This document shows, one piece after another, positions 25,364 to 34,336 of a stretch of 64,000 nt of DNA. The stretch's first letter is position 1; each line of letters opens with the position of its first letter. This stretch comes from Terriglobia bacterium. Lineage in GTDB: Bacteria > Acidobacteriota > Terriglobia > 20CM-2-55-15. The stretch is from the NCBI GenBank assembly GCA_965216035.1, contig CBDCFM010000015.1, forward strand, positions 117,786-181,785, given 5' to 3'. A program made the position numbers and the translations under genes. Below the pieces are notes generated by a model. It was given only the letters and a program-made list of their open reading frames with translations. It searched no databases and was not told where the DNA came from.

Positions 25364-28144
25364 GTGGAACCTTGGTACAAAGTTGTGACGCCTCGCAAGG
25401 AAGTGCGGGAAGGCCGCTCGTTCAGCCCGGATGAGTTTGCGATCGCCCTAGAACAGATACTCGCTAAGACGGCACCCGAGGACTACAGCGATCCAGCTCG
25501 GTTCTTTTCGCGCACCTGCTTTACGCGGGCGTTGAAGGAGCATGCCGGCATGGTCCTTCGGCGACTTTCCGGAAATACCGAAAACACGGCGCCAGTCCTC
25601 ACTTTGATCACCCAATTCGGCGGTGGTAAGACGCACACACTCACCTCACTCTACCATCTCGCCAATGCCGGCCCGGAGGCCTCCAGGTTCCCCGGCGTTG
25701 CCGATCTCCTAAACACGGGAGGGATGACGGAAGCTCCCTCCGCCCATGTTGGAGTGTTCGTCGGTAACGCCTGGGACCCGGCACCGGGGCGGGAGACTCC
25801 CTGGATCGATCTGGCTTACCAGCTGGCTGGCGAGCAGGGCGTCGCTGCGCTTGGCCCTGCCGCGCGGACCACGCCGCCGGGAACTACTTCTCTGGCCAAA
25901 TTGTTTGCTGCCGCGGAGGCACCGGTATTGTTGCTGTTCGATGAAGTCCTGAACTTCGTGAACCGTCATCGTGGCATGGCCGAAAGCTTTCACGCCTTCC
26001 TTCAGAATCTGACCGTCGCCGTCACCGGAACCACTCGGGCTGCAGCGGTCATCAGCCTTCCCCGCAGCCAGGTTGAAATGACCGATTGGGATCAGCAGTG
26101 GCAGGACCGAATCACCAAGGTGGTCCGCCGAGTCGCACGCGACCTGATCGCCAATGACGAATCCGAAATCAGCGAGGTCGTCCGCCGGCGCCTGTTCGAG
26201 GATCTCGGCAACGTGCGGATTCGTAAGAGAGTCGCCAAGACCTACGCAGATTGGTGCTTTGAACGGACCGCCCGCCTGCCCTCCGAATGGCTGGCGGTTG
26301 ACACTGTGACGACGGAGTCTAAAGCGAGGGAGTTTCTGAGAAGCCGGTTCGAGGCGTGCTACCCCTTCCATCCTGCGACTCTCTCGGTGTTTCAACGGAA
26401 GTGGCGGGCGCTCCCCCAGTTTCAACAAACCCGTGGGGCGTTGGCCCTGCTGGCACAATGGATTTCCTGGGCAGCTCGCGAGCATTTTCAGAAAGCGCGA
26501 ACAGAGCCGCTGATCACGTTAGGTTCGGCGCCGTTGGACGTGCCCGAGTTCCGCGCCGTGGTCCTTGGTCAATTGGGCGCGGCGCGGCTCGACGTGGCCA
26601 TCGATGCTGACATCGCCGGGCCAATGGCGCATTCCAAAGCCCTGGATGCGGACACCACGGGACCTCTCCGCGAGATTCACCGCCGTGTGGGTACCGCCAT
26701 CCTGTTCGAATCCTCCGGTGGACAAGTGGACAAAGTGGCTCACCTGCCCGAATTGCGTTTCGCAATCGGCGAGCCTGAGGTCGATACGGCCACCATCGAT
26801 AGCGCCGCGACCAGCTTGGAAGCGTCCGGATTCTTCATTCGGAAGGTTGGGACGGACGGCTATCGCATCCACCACCAAGCGACATTGAAGAAAGTTGTCA
26901 GCGATCGGCGGGCATCGCTCGATGAGGAAACGGAGATCAAACCGGCGGCCCGCAAGCTGGTCGAGGGCGAGTTCAGACGCGGCACAGCCCTGCCGATAGT
27001 TTTCTTCCCGCAGGACAGCACCGCAGTCCAGGACTCGCCACGTCTTGTGCTCATCGTCCTCGACCCCGATTTGGAATGGATGGATAGCAACCAAGTGATC
27101 GAGCACGTTGGCCATTGGACGAAGCAACGGGGCAATTCGCCTCGGCTATACCCGGGGTCGCTGGTCTGGTGTGCGAGGAAACCGGGGAGGGAGCTTCGCG
27201 AGAAGGTTGAATTGTGGCTCGCCTGGCAGCGCGTGGCACACGAGATGGCCGAGGGCGTCCTCGGCACAGAATACGACCGCGCAGATCGCTCGGAGGTTCA
27301 TACCCGTGTCCGGGATGCAGAGGAATCCGCTAAGGACGAAGTGTGGGCAAGCTATCGCTTCGTCGCGCTTGCGGCGACTGAAGAGAAACATGGTCTCAAG
27401 ATCATTGATCTTGGAGCCGGCCACTCCAGCTCAAACGAAACGCTTTGCGGACGGATCATCTCCACGCTGAGAGCCGCGGCACTGCTCAACGAGACCGTGG
27501 GTGCTGGCTACATTGACCGGCATTGGCCGCCTGCGTTTAAGAACACTGCGACCTGGCCGCTGACGAGTCTGCGGCAGAGCTTTCTGAATGGCGCATTGAC
27601 GCGGCTGATTGATCCTGACCTAATTCTTCGGCGGCAGATCGTTGAGTTTGTGGCGCGAGGAGACTTTGGACTGGCGTACGGCCCCAAGGACGATGGTGGA
27701 TTCGAACGGTTGTGGTATGCGGAGCCGATCCGTGACGAAGAGGTGGCGTTTGAGACGAACGTCTTCTTACTGACCAAGACCAGGGTCGAGCAACTCCGGG
27801 AAATCGGAGATCCAGATCACCCGGAATGGAAGCCGGCGCCAAGACCAAGCCCCACTCCTAAACCGGAGCCAGGCCCCGATCCGATTCCGAGCGATCAGAA
27901 AACAACACTGCGACTTGCTGGTGCCGTACCTCCCGAAGTCTGGAACCGTCTAGGAACCAAAATGTTGCCCAAGTTGCGATCCGGAAACGATCTCAGAGTG
28001 GGTGTCGAGTTCTCAGTGAGCGTCAGCTCGGAGTTTGCTCAGAACATGGAGATTGAGTTGCGGCAGATTCTGGATGATCTCGGGCTGGGCGACTGTGTCC
28101 GTGTCGAACGATCTGCGAGCAACGAATCTAAACGTGACAAATGA
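25364..28144 (+). CDS. DUF499-type AAA/P-loop ATPase
   Basis: GTG start with a GGAGGA RBS. Walker A is TQFGGGKTHTLTSL and Walker B is VLLLFDEVLNF. A long C-terminal region typical of DUF499 follows. The stop TGA (28142-28144) abuts the IS5 copy B end. Confidence 0.85.
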   Translation: MEPWYKVVTPRKEVREGRSFSPDEFAIALEQILAKTAPEDYSDPARFFSRTCFTRALKEHAGMVLRRLSGNTENTAPVLTLITQFGGGKTHTLTSLYHLANAGPEASRFPGVADLLNTGGMTEAPSAHVGVFVGNAWDPAPGRETPWIDLAYQLAGEQGVAALGPAARTTPPGTTSLAKLFAAAEAPVLLLFDEVLNFVNRHRGMAESFHAFLQNLTVAVTGTTRAAAVISLPRSQVEMTDWDQQWQDRITKVVRRVARDLIANDESEISEVVRRRLFEDLGNVRIRKRVAKTYADWCFERTARLPSEWLAVDTVTTESKAREFLRSRFEACYPFHPATLSVFQRKWRALPQFQQTRGALALLAQWISWAAREHFQKARTEPLITLGSAPLDVPEFRAVVLGQLGAARLDVAIDADIAGPMAHSKALDADTTGPLREIHRRVGTAILFESSGGQVDKVAHLPELRFAIGEPEVDTATIDSAATSLEASGFFIRKVGTDGYRIHHQATLKKVVSDRRASLDEETEIKPAARKLVEGEFRRGTALPIVFFPQDSTAVQDSPRLVLIVLDPDLEWMDSNQVIEHVGHWTKQRGNSPRLYPGSLVWCARKPGRELREKVELWLAWQRVAHEMAEGVLGTEYDRADRSEVHTRVRDAEESAKDEVWASYRFVALAATEEKHGLKIIDLGAGHSSSNETLCGRIISTLRAAALLNETVGAGYIDRHWPPAFKNTATWPLTSLRQSFLNGALTRLIDPDLILRRQIVEFVARGDFGLAYGPKDDGGFERLWYAEPIRDEEVAFETNVFLLTKTRVEQLREIGDPDHPEWKPAPRPSPTPKPEPGPDPIPSDQKTTLRLAGAVPPEVWNRLGTKMLPKLRSGNDLRVGVEFSVSVSSEFAQNMEIELRQILDDLGLGDCVRVERSASNESKRDK

Positions 28145-29249
28145 CGACCTTGTTGCATGGATCATCCCGAAGGATGTCTTATCATTGTGTTTTTCAACAC
28201 CTGGGATAACTTAGATGCCACATAAGTTCAACGCAGCCCGACGGCACAAGTTTGATAAGGCACAGTACCGGGTGATCAACTGGGCGGAATATAACGAGAG
28301 CCTGCGCCAGCGGGGTGATCTGACGATCTGGGTCAGTGATGAGGCTCAAAGTGTGTGGCGCGCGCCGCGCCGCACGTCACGGGGTGGCCAGCGGAGATAC
28401 TCGGATTTGGCGATCGAGACATGCCTGACGCTGCGCACGGCGTATCGGCTTGGGTTGCGACAAACGCAGGGGCTGATGGGTTCCATTGGCACGCTCATGG
28501 GGCTGGATATACGGGTGCCGGATTACTCCACACTGTCGCGTCGCGCAAACGGCTTGAGCATCGCTCAGGTGATGAGGCAAGCCGGGTCTGTGCCTGTCCA
28601 TCTGGTGGTGGACAGTACCGGCCTCAAGATCTTCGGAGAAGGAGAATGGCTTGCGCAGAAGCATAAAACCAGGGGAATACGCCGCCGCTGGCGCAAACTC
28701 CACCTCGGACTGGACCTCCATAGCGGTGCGATTGTTTGCGCCAATCTGACTCACGATGACGTTGGAGACAGCACCGCCTTACCCGGGCTCCTGGATCAAC
28801 TCGATGCCCCTGTCACGGGCTTTCTGGCGGACGGCGCCTATGATGGAGCGTCCACACGGGATCTGCTGAGGGAACGGTATGGGGAGACCCTGGATGTGGT
28901 TATACCGCCGCCAAAGAACGCAGTGACCCGACCGCAATCAGCGCGGGATCCAACCGTTCGGGATCGCCATATTGCCGAGATCCGCAGCAACGGCCGCATG
29001 GCCTGGCAAGTGGCCACAGGGTACAACCTGCGCAGCCGGATAGAAACGCAGATCGGCCGGTGGAAGAGCGTCATCGGCCCCAGACTCAGATCCCGCAGCT
29101 TCTCCAGGCAGATCACGGAGATCCAGGTCGGCCAGAAAGTCCTGAACACAATGACCGCACTCGGACGGCCTGTGTTCGAACGTATCGCCTGACGCTACCG
29201 CTTGGGAAAGGGCGAATTCCATCTCCGCCCCGATCCATGCAACAACGCT
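28145..29249 (+). mobile_element. IS5-family insertion sequence, copy B
   Basis: Same orientation and ends as copy A (TTGTTGCATGGATC at 28150; ATGCAACAA ends 29245), with only a handful of substitutions. No matching target-site duplication appears at any of the four junctions. Confidence 0.9.
28215..29192 (+). CDS. IS5-family DDE transposase
   Basis: 325 aa with 2 aa differences from the copy at 11599-12576. Confidence 0.9.
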   Translation: MPHKFNAARRHKFDKAQYRVINWAEYNESLRQRGDLTIWVSDEAQSVWRAPRRTSRGGQRRYSDLAIETCLTLRTAYRLGLRQTQGLMGSIGTLMGLDIRVPDYSTLSRRANGLSIAQVMRQAGSVPVHLVVDSTGLKIFGEGEWLAQKHKTRGIRRRWRKLHLGLDLHSGAIVCANLTHDDVGDSTALPGLLDQLDAPVTGFLADGAYDGASTRDLLRERYGETLDVVIPPPKNAVTRPQSARDPTVRDRHIAEIRSNGRMAWQVATGYNLRSRIETQIGRWKSVIGPRLRSRSFSRQITEIQVGQKVLNTMTALGRPVFERIA

Positions 29250-30121
29250 ATGTCGAGCGGTACCGGGGTAGGGTCGAGCACTGGCGCGGTGGCCCGCAGG
29301 CAACTCCTTGGCTGTGTCCGGCGTTTCCACCTTCGTGCCCGTTTAGGATTCGCCGTGGCTCCGTTTCCAGTGCCCGCCACGTCGCACGCAGCATGCGGAT
29401 TTCCCGCACTACGCGCTCCTGCACACTTCGTCTCAAGGGTTATGAGACCTATCGATGAGGAAGCCGCTGAACAGAGTGGCCGTAAATGGGTCACCCGGTA
29501 CGCCACCGCTTCCTGTCGAAGACTCGGCCAGGCGCCGAGACCCTTCAGCCTTCACCTTGAGGTATAGCCGTCGCCTCAGGTCTTGCAGATTGCCGGGTGC
29601 GTTTATCAGTTCACCCCTGCCTCCCATCATTGGCTTCGACCTCATGTGCAGCAAGGTCCCTTCGCTCCACGGGCGTTACCCCGCTTCATCGCTACTACGA
29701 ACCTGGCCGCCACCGTTTCGCCTTCGGGCGACTTCCCGGTTGTGCCGGTTATACGACCGAGCTGCTCCACCGATTTCTCGATGGGACGAGGACGGTTTCT
29801 CCAGTTGCTCAGCCTGTCCTTGTCGTCGTGCCGTCTCTACCACCCCGCCGGAGCGACATGTCTCATCAGTCAGTCTGCGACACATCGTACGGCCTTCACC
29901 CTCAGCCAACGGGCTCGGCCTCCGGAATCTAATCTGACGAGGCTACCTCTGAGTTCACTCACGTTACGGCCCGACGACTCGCTCACCATCCTGAAGATGG
30001 CTTTGTCAGTCCGCTTCATCCGTTTCGTTTCCTCCACGGATGGGACTCTGGCTACAGGGTTCTGACTTTTACCCCGGCGGGTCTAGCTCCCACTGAACAG
30101 ACCAGCCTTCGCTGGACGCAC
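29250..30121 (-). mobile_element. group II intron, 5' portion (domain I-IV region with degenerate start of the RT ORF), truncated by IS5 copy B
   Basis: The minus strand begins GTGCG at 30121, exactly where repA similarity ends. About 600 nt follow with no credible ORF. A short ORF then carries a maturase-like N-terminus (NLQDLRRRLYLKVKAE...GGVPGD) that quickly degenerates. The element ends abruptly at the IS. Confidence 0.55.
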
Positions 30122-30738
30122 TGGCCGATGATCTCCTCGAAGAATTTCTCACCCAGTTCAATCTTGCTTGCCCAGAGCACGGGATCGTCGGGTCGCCGTG
30201 GGTTCCACCAGAGTTCGGTGCGGTCGGCGATCGGCGAGTTCACGGTGGCTTTGCCCCGCGTGTCCTCGTAGATCAGGGAGACATAGGCGTTGAAGAGCCG
30301 GTCCATCTGATTGCGGAGCCGCGTCTGAACGCCGCCGCGGCCTCCGCTGTTGTGGTAGATACCCAGCTTGCGCATGAACTCGGCCAGTGAACGACCTAGA
30401 ACTAGATCGCGGCTCTGGGTGCGCACCGCTTCGGTGCACACCCAGGCCAGTAAGAGTCGCGGCAGGTTGCCGAAGGGGAGTTTGCTTTTTCCACCGGCAG
30501 TCATAACCAGCGTGTACGGGCCGTTTTGACGAGTGTAACGAATCCGATCGCCAGGATTGGTGCGGGGCAGGCTGCACAGCGCCATCAGACGCGTCATGAA
30601 GCCTATTTCCGGGTCCGCTTCACTGGCCTCGACAAGCTGGTTCACCTGATCGAGGCGGGTGTAGTGGTGCCGCGCTTGTGGCGTCACGAGAGAGAGTGCA
30701 GCTTTTGATTTATCGTTCATGTCCTCGTAGGGCTCCAT
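30122..30738 (-). pseudogene. repA: repA-like replication initiator, 5' exon (interrupted by group II intron)
   Basis: The sequence MEPYEDMNDKSKAALSLVTPQ...GNLPRLLLAWVCTEAVRTQSRDLVLGRSLAEFMRKLG...WASKIELGEKFFEEIIG is RepA/RPA-family like. The coding sense is lost at the GTGCG intron boundary, just before where I expect, from memory of this family (no consensus checked), an HPVPLD-type segment. The 3' exon is not in the window. Confidence 0.7.
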
Positions 30739-30880
30739 ATCCTTATCATGTTTTACCGACCAGATCGGGGCCGTTAACCAGAGATTCTTTGCCGCGTTGT
30801 ATGCGCGAACGAGTAAAGAAGCATCGCCCTGATAATCCCGGCCCGCCTCTGTTGCATCGTCCTGGCAGCGTTGTCGGGCA

Positions 30881-31865
30881 TCACCGCACCTGTGCCCGTT
30901 TGAGTTGGGGGTCGGCGAACACAACGGGCCTGTAGTGCCAGCGCCGCTTTGCGGCGTCGTAATCGCTCACGTGGAGGGCTTCTTCGACGTACCGCTTCCC
31001 CTCGCGCCGCGTCATGTGAATCACCATGGAGATCCCGTCCACGACGCCCCTGCAGGTGACTTCCCACGGCAAGTCCGTCTCGCCTTGCATGGCGCAAGTC
31101 GCCAGCCGGGACAGGGCTGACTCGGCATTGTTGGCGTGGATCGTGGTCAGGCTCCCGCCGTGCCCGGTGTTGAGCGCCTGCAGGAGATCGGCGGCCTCGC
31201 CGCCCCGGACTTCCCCGACCACAATGTGGTCGGGCCGGTGGCGCAAGCGCGTGCCTGACGAGGTCGCGGATCGTCACCGATTCGCCGTCGATCCCCCGCG
31301 CCTCGAAGCGGACACAGTTTTTCCGGTCGATCCGGAGTTCCAGGGTGTCCTCGATGGAAACAATGCGGTCGTCGGCGGGGAGCAGCTCGACCAGGGCATT
31401 GAGCAGCGTGGTCTTACCCGAGCCGGTCCCGCCCGACACCAGGATATTTCGCCGACCCAGGAGCGCGGCCCGCGCCGCGTCCAGCACTTCTTGAGGCAGT
31501 GAGCCGAAGCGCACGAGATCCTCGGGCGAATAGCTCCGCTTGCCGAAGCGCCGGATGGTGATGGCAACATGCGGCGCGGCCGGGGGCACACAGATCGCCA
31601 CGCGGGACCCATCGTCCAGGCGGGCATCGAGGATCGGCGCGGTGGCCGGATCGAGGCCCAGGGGCCGCGCGATCTGAATGGCCGCCCGTTCCAGCGCGGC
31701 CTCATCGAGGCCGGGCGCGGGATGGGGCCGGATTTCACCGCGGCTTTCGATCCAGACGTTACGAGGTCCGTTAATCATGATCTCGCTGACGTCCTCATCT
31801 TCGAGGACCGATTCCAGCCCCGGCAGGAACGGGCGCAGATAGTCCATGCCGCGTTTGTCGCTCAT
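30881..31865 (-). pseudogene. virB11: VirB11/TrbB-type secretion ATPase, frameshift near 31245
   Basis: The N-terminal part (ORF 30774-31865) carries EIMINGPRNVWIE and Walker A VSGGTGSGKTTLLNAL. The conserved continuation RHRPDHIVVGEVRGGEAADLLQALNTGHGGSLTTIHAN lies in ORF 30881-31246, a different frame. Confidence 0.85.
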
Positions 31866-33937
31866 ATCTTCCCTGCCTCGACCGCGCGCCAGTAGGGCGT
31901 CGTTTCGGGAAGGTAGTAGGGTTTGAGATAAACCCGAACGGCACTGGTCGCGTGGGTGCCGTCATAGGGCAAGCAAATGGCCTGGCAATTGGGCAGCAAT
32001 CCAAACTCCCTCGGCTGAAACAAAGCCTCCCGCTGTTCCCGGAATGATTTACTCGTGCCTACTGAGCCCTTGGTTCCACCGGCCTTTCCAGAGAGCAGGG
32101 ACACCTGGGCCTGTTGTGCGGATTCGGTGACGGTCCAGCTCGGCTTGATCCTGGCCACCTGCCCGCAGAGTTTCGAGGCGATGTCGGCGCTCGCGTCGTC
32201 GCTGAGGGAGAGGAAGATCCGGGTGCGGAGCGTCTGCAAAAGCGCCCGCCAGGCTTCGGAGGTGCCCAACACGGATCGGAGCGAGGATATGGATTGGGTG
32301 GCGACGATGGGGATGACGCGGCACTGCCGGGTGAGGGCAAACGCCTTCTCGTCCCCCGAGGGGTCGTCCTCGCCGACTGAGGCGAAGGACTGGTACTCGT
32401 CGCAAATGAAAACGGCCGGCCGGAAATATTCGTCGGGCTCCTGTTTCATCCGTGCCGGCCGCCGGAGCAGGGTCTGGAGCCAGGCGTTTTTGAGGAACAC
32501 GCCGATGGCGCGGGCCAGCGCCGGATTCGAGCCGGCGGGCATGTTGAGGGCCAGAACTTTCCCTGTCTCGATCAGCTCGTCCAGGGGTGGAAGGTGCCGC
32601 CGCATCCTGGCCTTATCGGTCGGCGGCCGCCCGTCGGCGTTCTCGTCCTCCTTGCCGCCGTCTTCCCCCGACTCACGGGGTTTCCGTGCCGTGCCGTCCT
32701 CGTCCTTCACCGGCGGGGCCTTCGGACAGAAAATGGCGGCGACATCCGCCATGTCGAACAGGGACAGGAAACTGGAGATTCCCTCGACACACGAGGTCCG
32801 CAATTTCGGGTCCAGCTTCATCCAGTCTTGCTCGTACCAGGTGTTAACGCTTTCTAGCCGTGCCCCTAATTCATCGGTGTCGGTGTGGGCCTTCACGGCC
32901 CGGCTGCTGTAGATCGCACCTTGCGCGTTCAACCACTTCGCGGCGGCTCCCCTCCATGGGGTTTGGTATTCCCCGCCGGGAAGTTCGACCCAGGGGCCGA
33001 GCGCAAGTAAATCCTCTTCACGCTTGGCCCACTCATCAGCCGAAACCACGATCGCTCCATTCGCTTGTGTCTCCACGACAATCGCCGCCTCCCCGATCTT
33101 TTGTTTGAACAGCTCGGGGTTGATCGCGCATCGGTAGACATCCCGCAAGGTGACCCAACGGTCGGGAAAGATCCGGTGCAGCTCGATAATCCACTTCACC
33201 AGGTTCGTGTAGGCTTGCTGCCAGAACGGGTCTTTCCCCTTGCCGAACAACTGATTCAGGAGCGACGACACGGTATAGGCCAGTGAGTAGGAATCGAGCC
33301 AGTGGGCGGCCAAGGGATTCCACTGCCATTTCCCGCCCATGCCAAGCTCCATGTAATCGTCTTCCCGGCCGGCGACTTTCAGAATCTCCCGGATGTCGTA
33401 GCAGAAATCCCCTTTGACTTCGAGGATCAGGGCGGCCGCCCGGCGCTCCGGATTCGTGGCTTGCCAGCCGAGCAATTGCCGGGCAAACGGGTGCATGCAA
33501 GCCGCGGTCTTCCCGGACCCGACCGCCCCGAAGATAGCGATTCCGGTATAGAGGCCGCGCTCCGGGATCACGAGCCACTCCGGGTTCGGCACCTCCCGCG
33601 CCTCGACCGGGTGATGCGTCTCCCCGACGACGATGGCCGGGTTCTCATCCGTGTCGGCAACCGGCCACGGCGGCAGCCCGCCCTTGCCCTGTGTCTTCGT
33701 TGGAGCCGCCTCGAACCAGACCCGCCATACGCCGGAAAAGAGCGTCACACCGATCACCACCATGACACCGGGCATGGCGGCATACCAGCCATGCGCGAGC
33801 CAGAGAAGCACGGGCGCATCGAGGGCCATCAGCGCCACAACGGGGTTCTCCGATCCGGCCGGAAATGGACTGGAAATATAGCGCGCGATCGAGGCGTCAA
33901 GCGCCACGAAGAAGAGGAAAACATGACTCCATTTCAT
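31862..33937 (-). CDS. virD4: type IV coupling protein (VirD4/TraG/TraD family)
   Basis: 691 aa with two N-terminal TM helices. Walker A is IFGAVGSGKTAAC and the Walker B-like motif is VFICDEYQSF. It has an ATGA overlap with the virB11 start. Confidence 0.8.
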   Translation of the reverse strand: MKWSHVFLFFVALDASIARYISSPFPAGSENPVVALMALDAPVLLWLAHGWYAAMPGVMVVIGVTLFSGVWRVWFEAAPTKTQGKGGLPPWPVADTDENPAIVVGETHHPVEAREVPNPEWLVIPERGLYTGIAIFGAVGSGKTAACMHPFARQLLGWQATNPERRAAALILEVKGDFCYDIREILKVAGREDDYMELGMGGKWQWNPLAAHWLDSYSLAYTVSSLLNQLFGKGKDPFWQQAYTNLVKWIIELHRIFPDRWVTLRDVYRCAINPELFKQKIGEAAIVVETQANGAIVVSADEWAKREEDLLALGPWVELPGGEYQTPWRGAAAKWLNAQGAIYSSRAVKAHTDTDELGARLESVNTWYEQDWMKLDPKLRTSCVEGISSFLSLFDMADVAAIFCPKAPPVKDEDGTARKPRESGEDGGKEDENADGRPPTDKARMRRHLPPLDELIETGKVLALNMPAGSNPALARAIGVFLKNAWLQTLLRRPARMKQEPDEYFRPAVFICDEYQSFASVGEDDPSGDEKAFALTRQCRVIPIVATQSISSLRSVLGTSEAWRALLQTLRTRIFLSLSDDASADIASKLCGQVARIKPSWTVTESAQQAQVSLLSGKAGGTKGSVGTSKSFREQREALFQPREFGLLPNCQAICLPYDGTHATSAVRVYLKPYYLPETTPYWRAVEAGKI

Positions 33938-33981
33938 GCCCGATCAGCCTCCGGAATCCGAGCCTTCCCGCAGGGATTATT

Positions 33982-34252
33982 GTGACGGGAGCGACCCCCA
34001 CCGGGGAGAGCGGCGACCGACACCCGAAATGCGCATTGAAAAGGGTGTCGCGCGCCGCACGAGGCACAAAAAAGTGGGGTCGCTCCCGTCACTCCCTCCC
34101 CCTCCCGACCGACGCTGAGCAGGGGTTTGTGCATTGAGCTAACCACAAGGAAACACGAATGATATGGGACATAGAAATGTGTGCATTGACCGTGTGCATT
34201 GACCCTCGTTTTCAATGCACACACCTGAGAGGCGTCGGATTTGTGCATTGAA
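33982..34252. promoter_or_regulatory. 17-bp perfect inverted repeat plus cluster of GTGCATTGA iterons (candidate oriT/operator)
   Basis: GTGACGGGAGCGACCCC (33982-33998) is the reverse complement of 34076-34092. GTGCATTGA occurs at 34129, 34181, 34194 and 34243, inverted at 34212-34223 (TCAATGCACACA), and in variant form GCGCATTGA at 34031. All lie in the 399-bp spacer upstream of the coupling-protein gene. Confidence 0.6.
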
Positions 34253-34336
34253 GGTCCAATTTCCGATGGCTTTGCCACCAGTTTTCGAGGCTGAATCAAG
34301 ACGCATATCCTTCCAACAAATGAGCCATCTGTGATC

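Noticed and set aside
26700-26725. tRNA T-loop-like string GTTCGAATCC
   Set aside because: It lies inside the DUF499 coding sequence with no acceptor or anticodon arms around it. No tRNA, rRNA or tmRNA was found anywhere in the window by eye.
29455-30065. Several 110-160-aa plus-strand ORFs between IS5 copy B and repA
   Set aside because: They overlap each other in all frames and are Pro/Arg/Ser-rich. The region reads as structured group II intron RNA on the other strand.
33934-34299. 121-aa minus-strand ORF across the iteron/inverted-repeat spacer
   Set aside because: It reads through repeated DNA motifs and has implausible composition. The region is better explained as a regulatory or oriT-like spacer.
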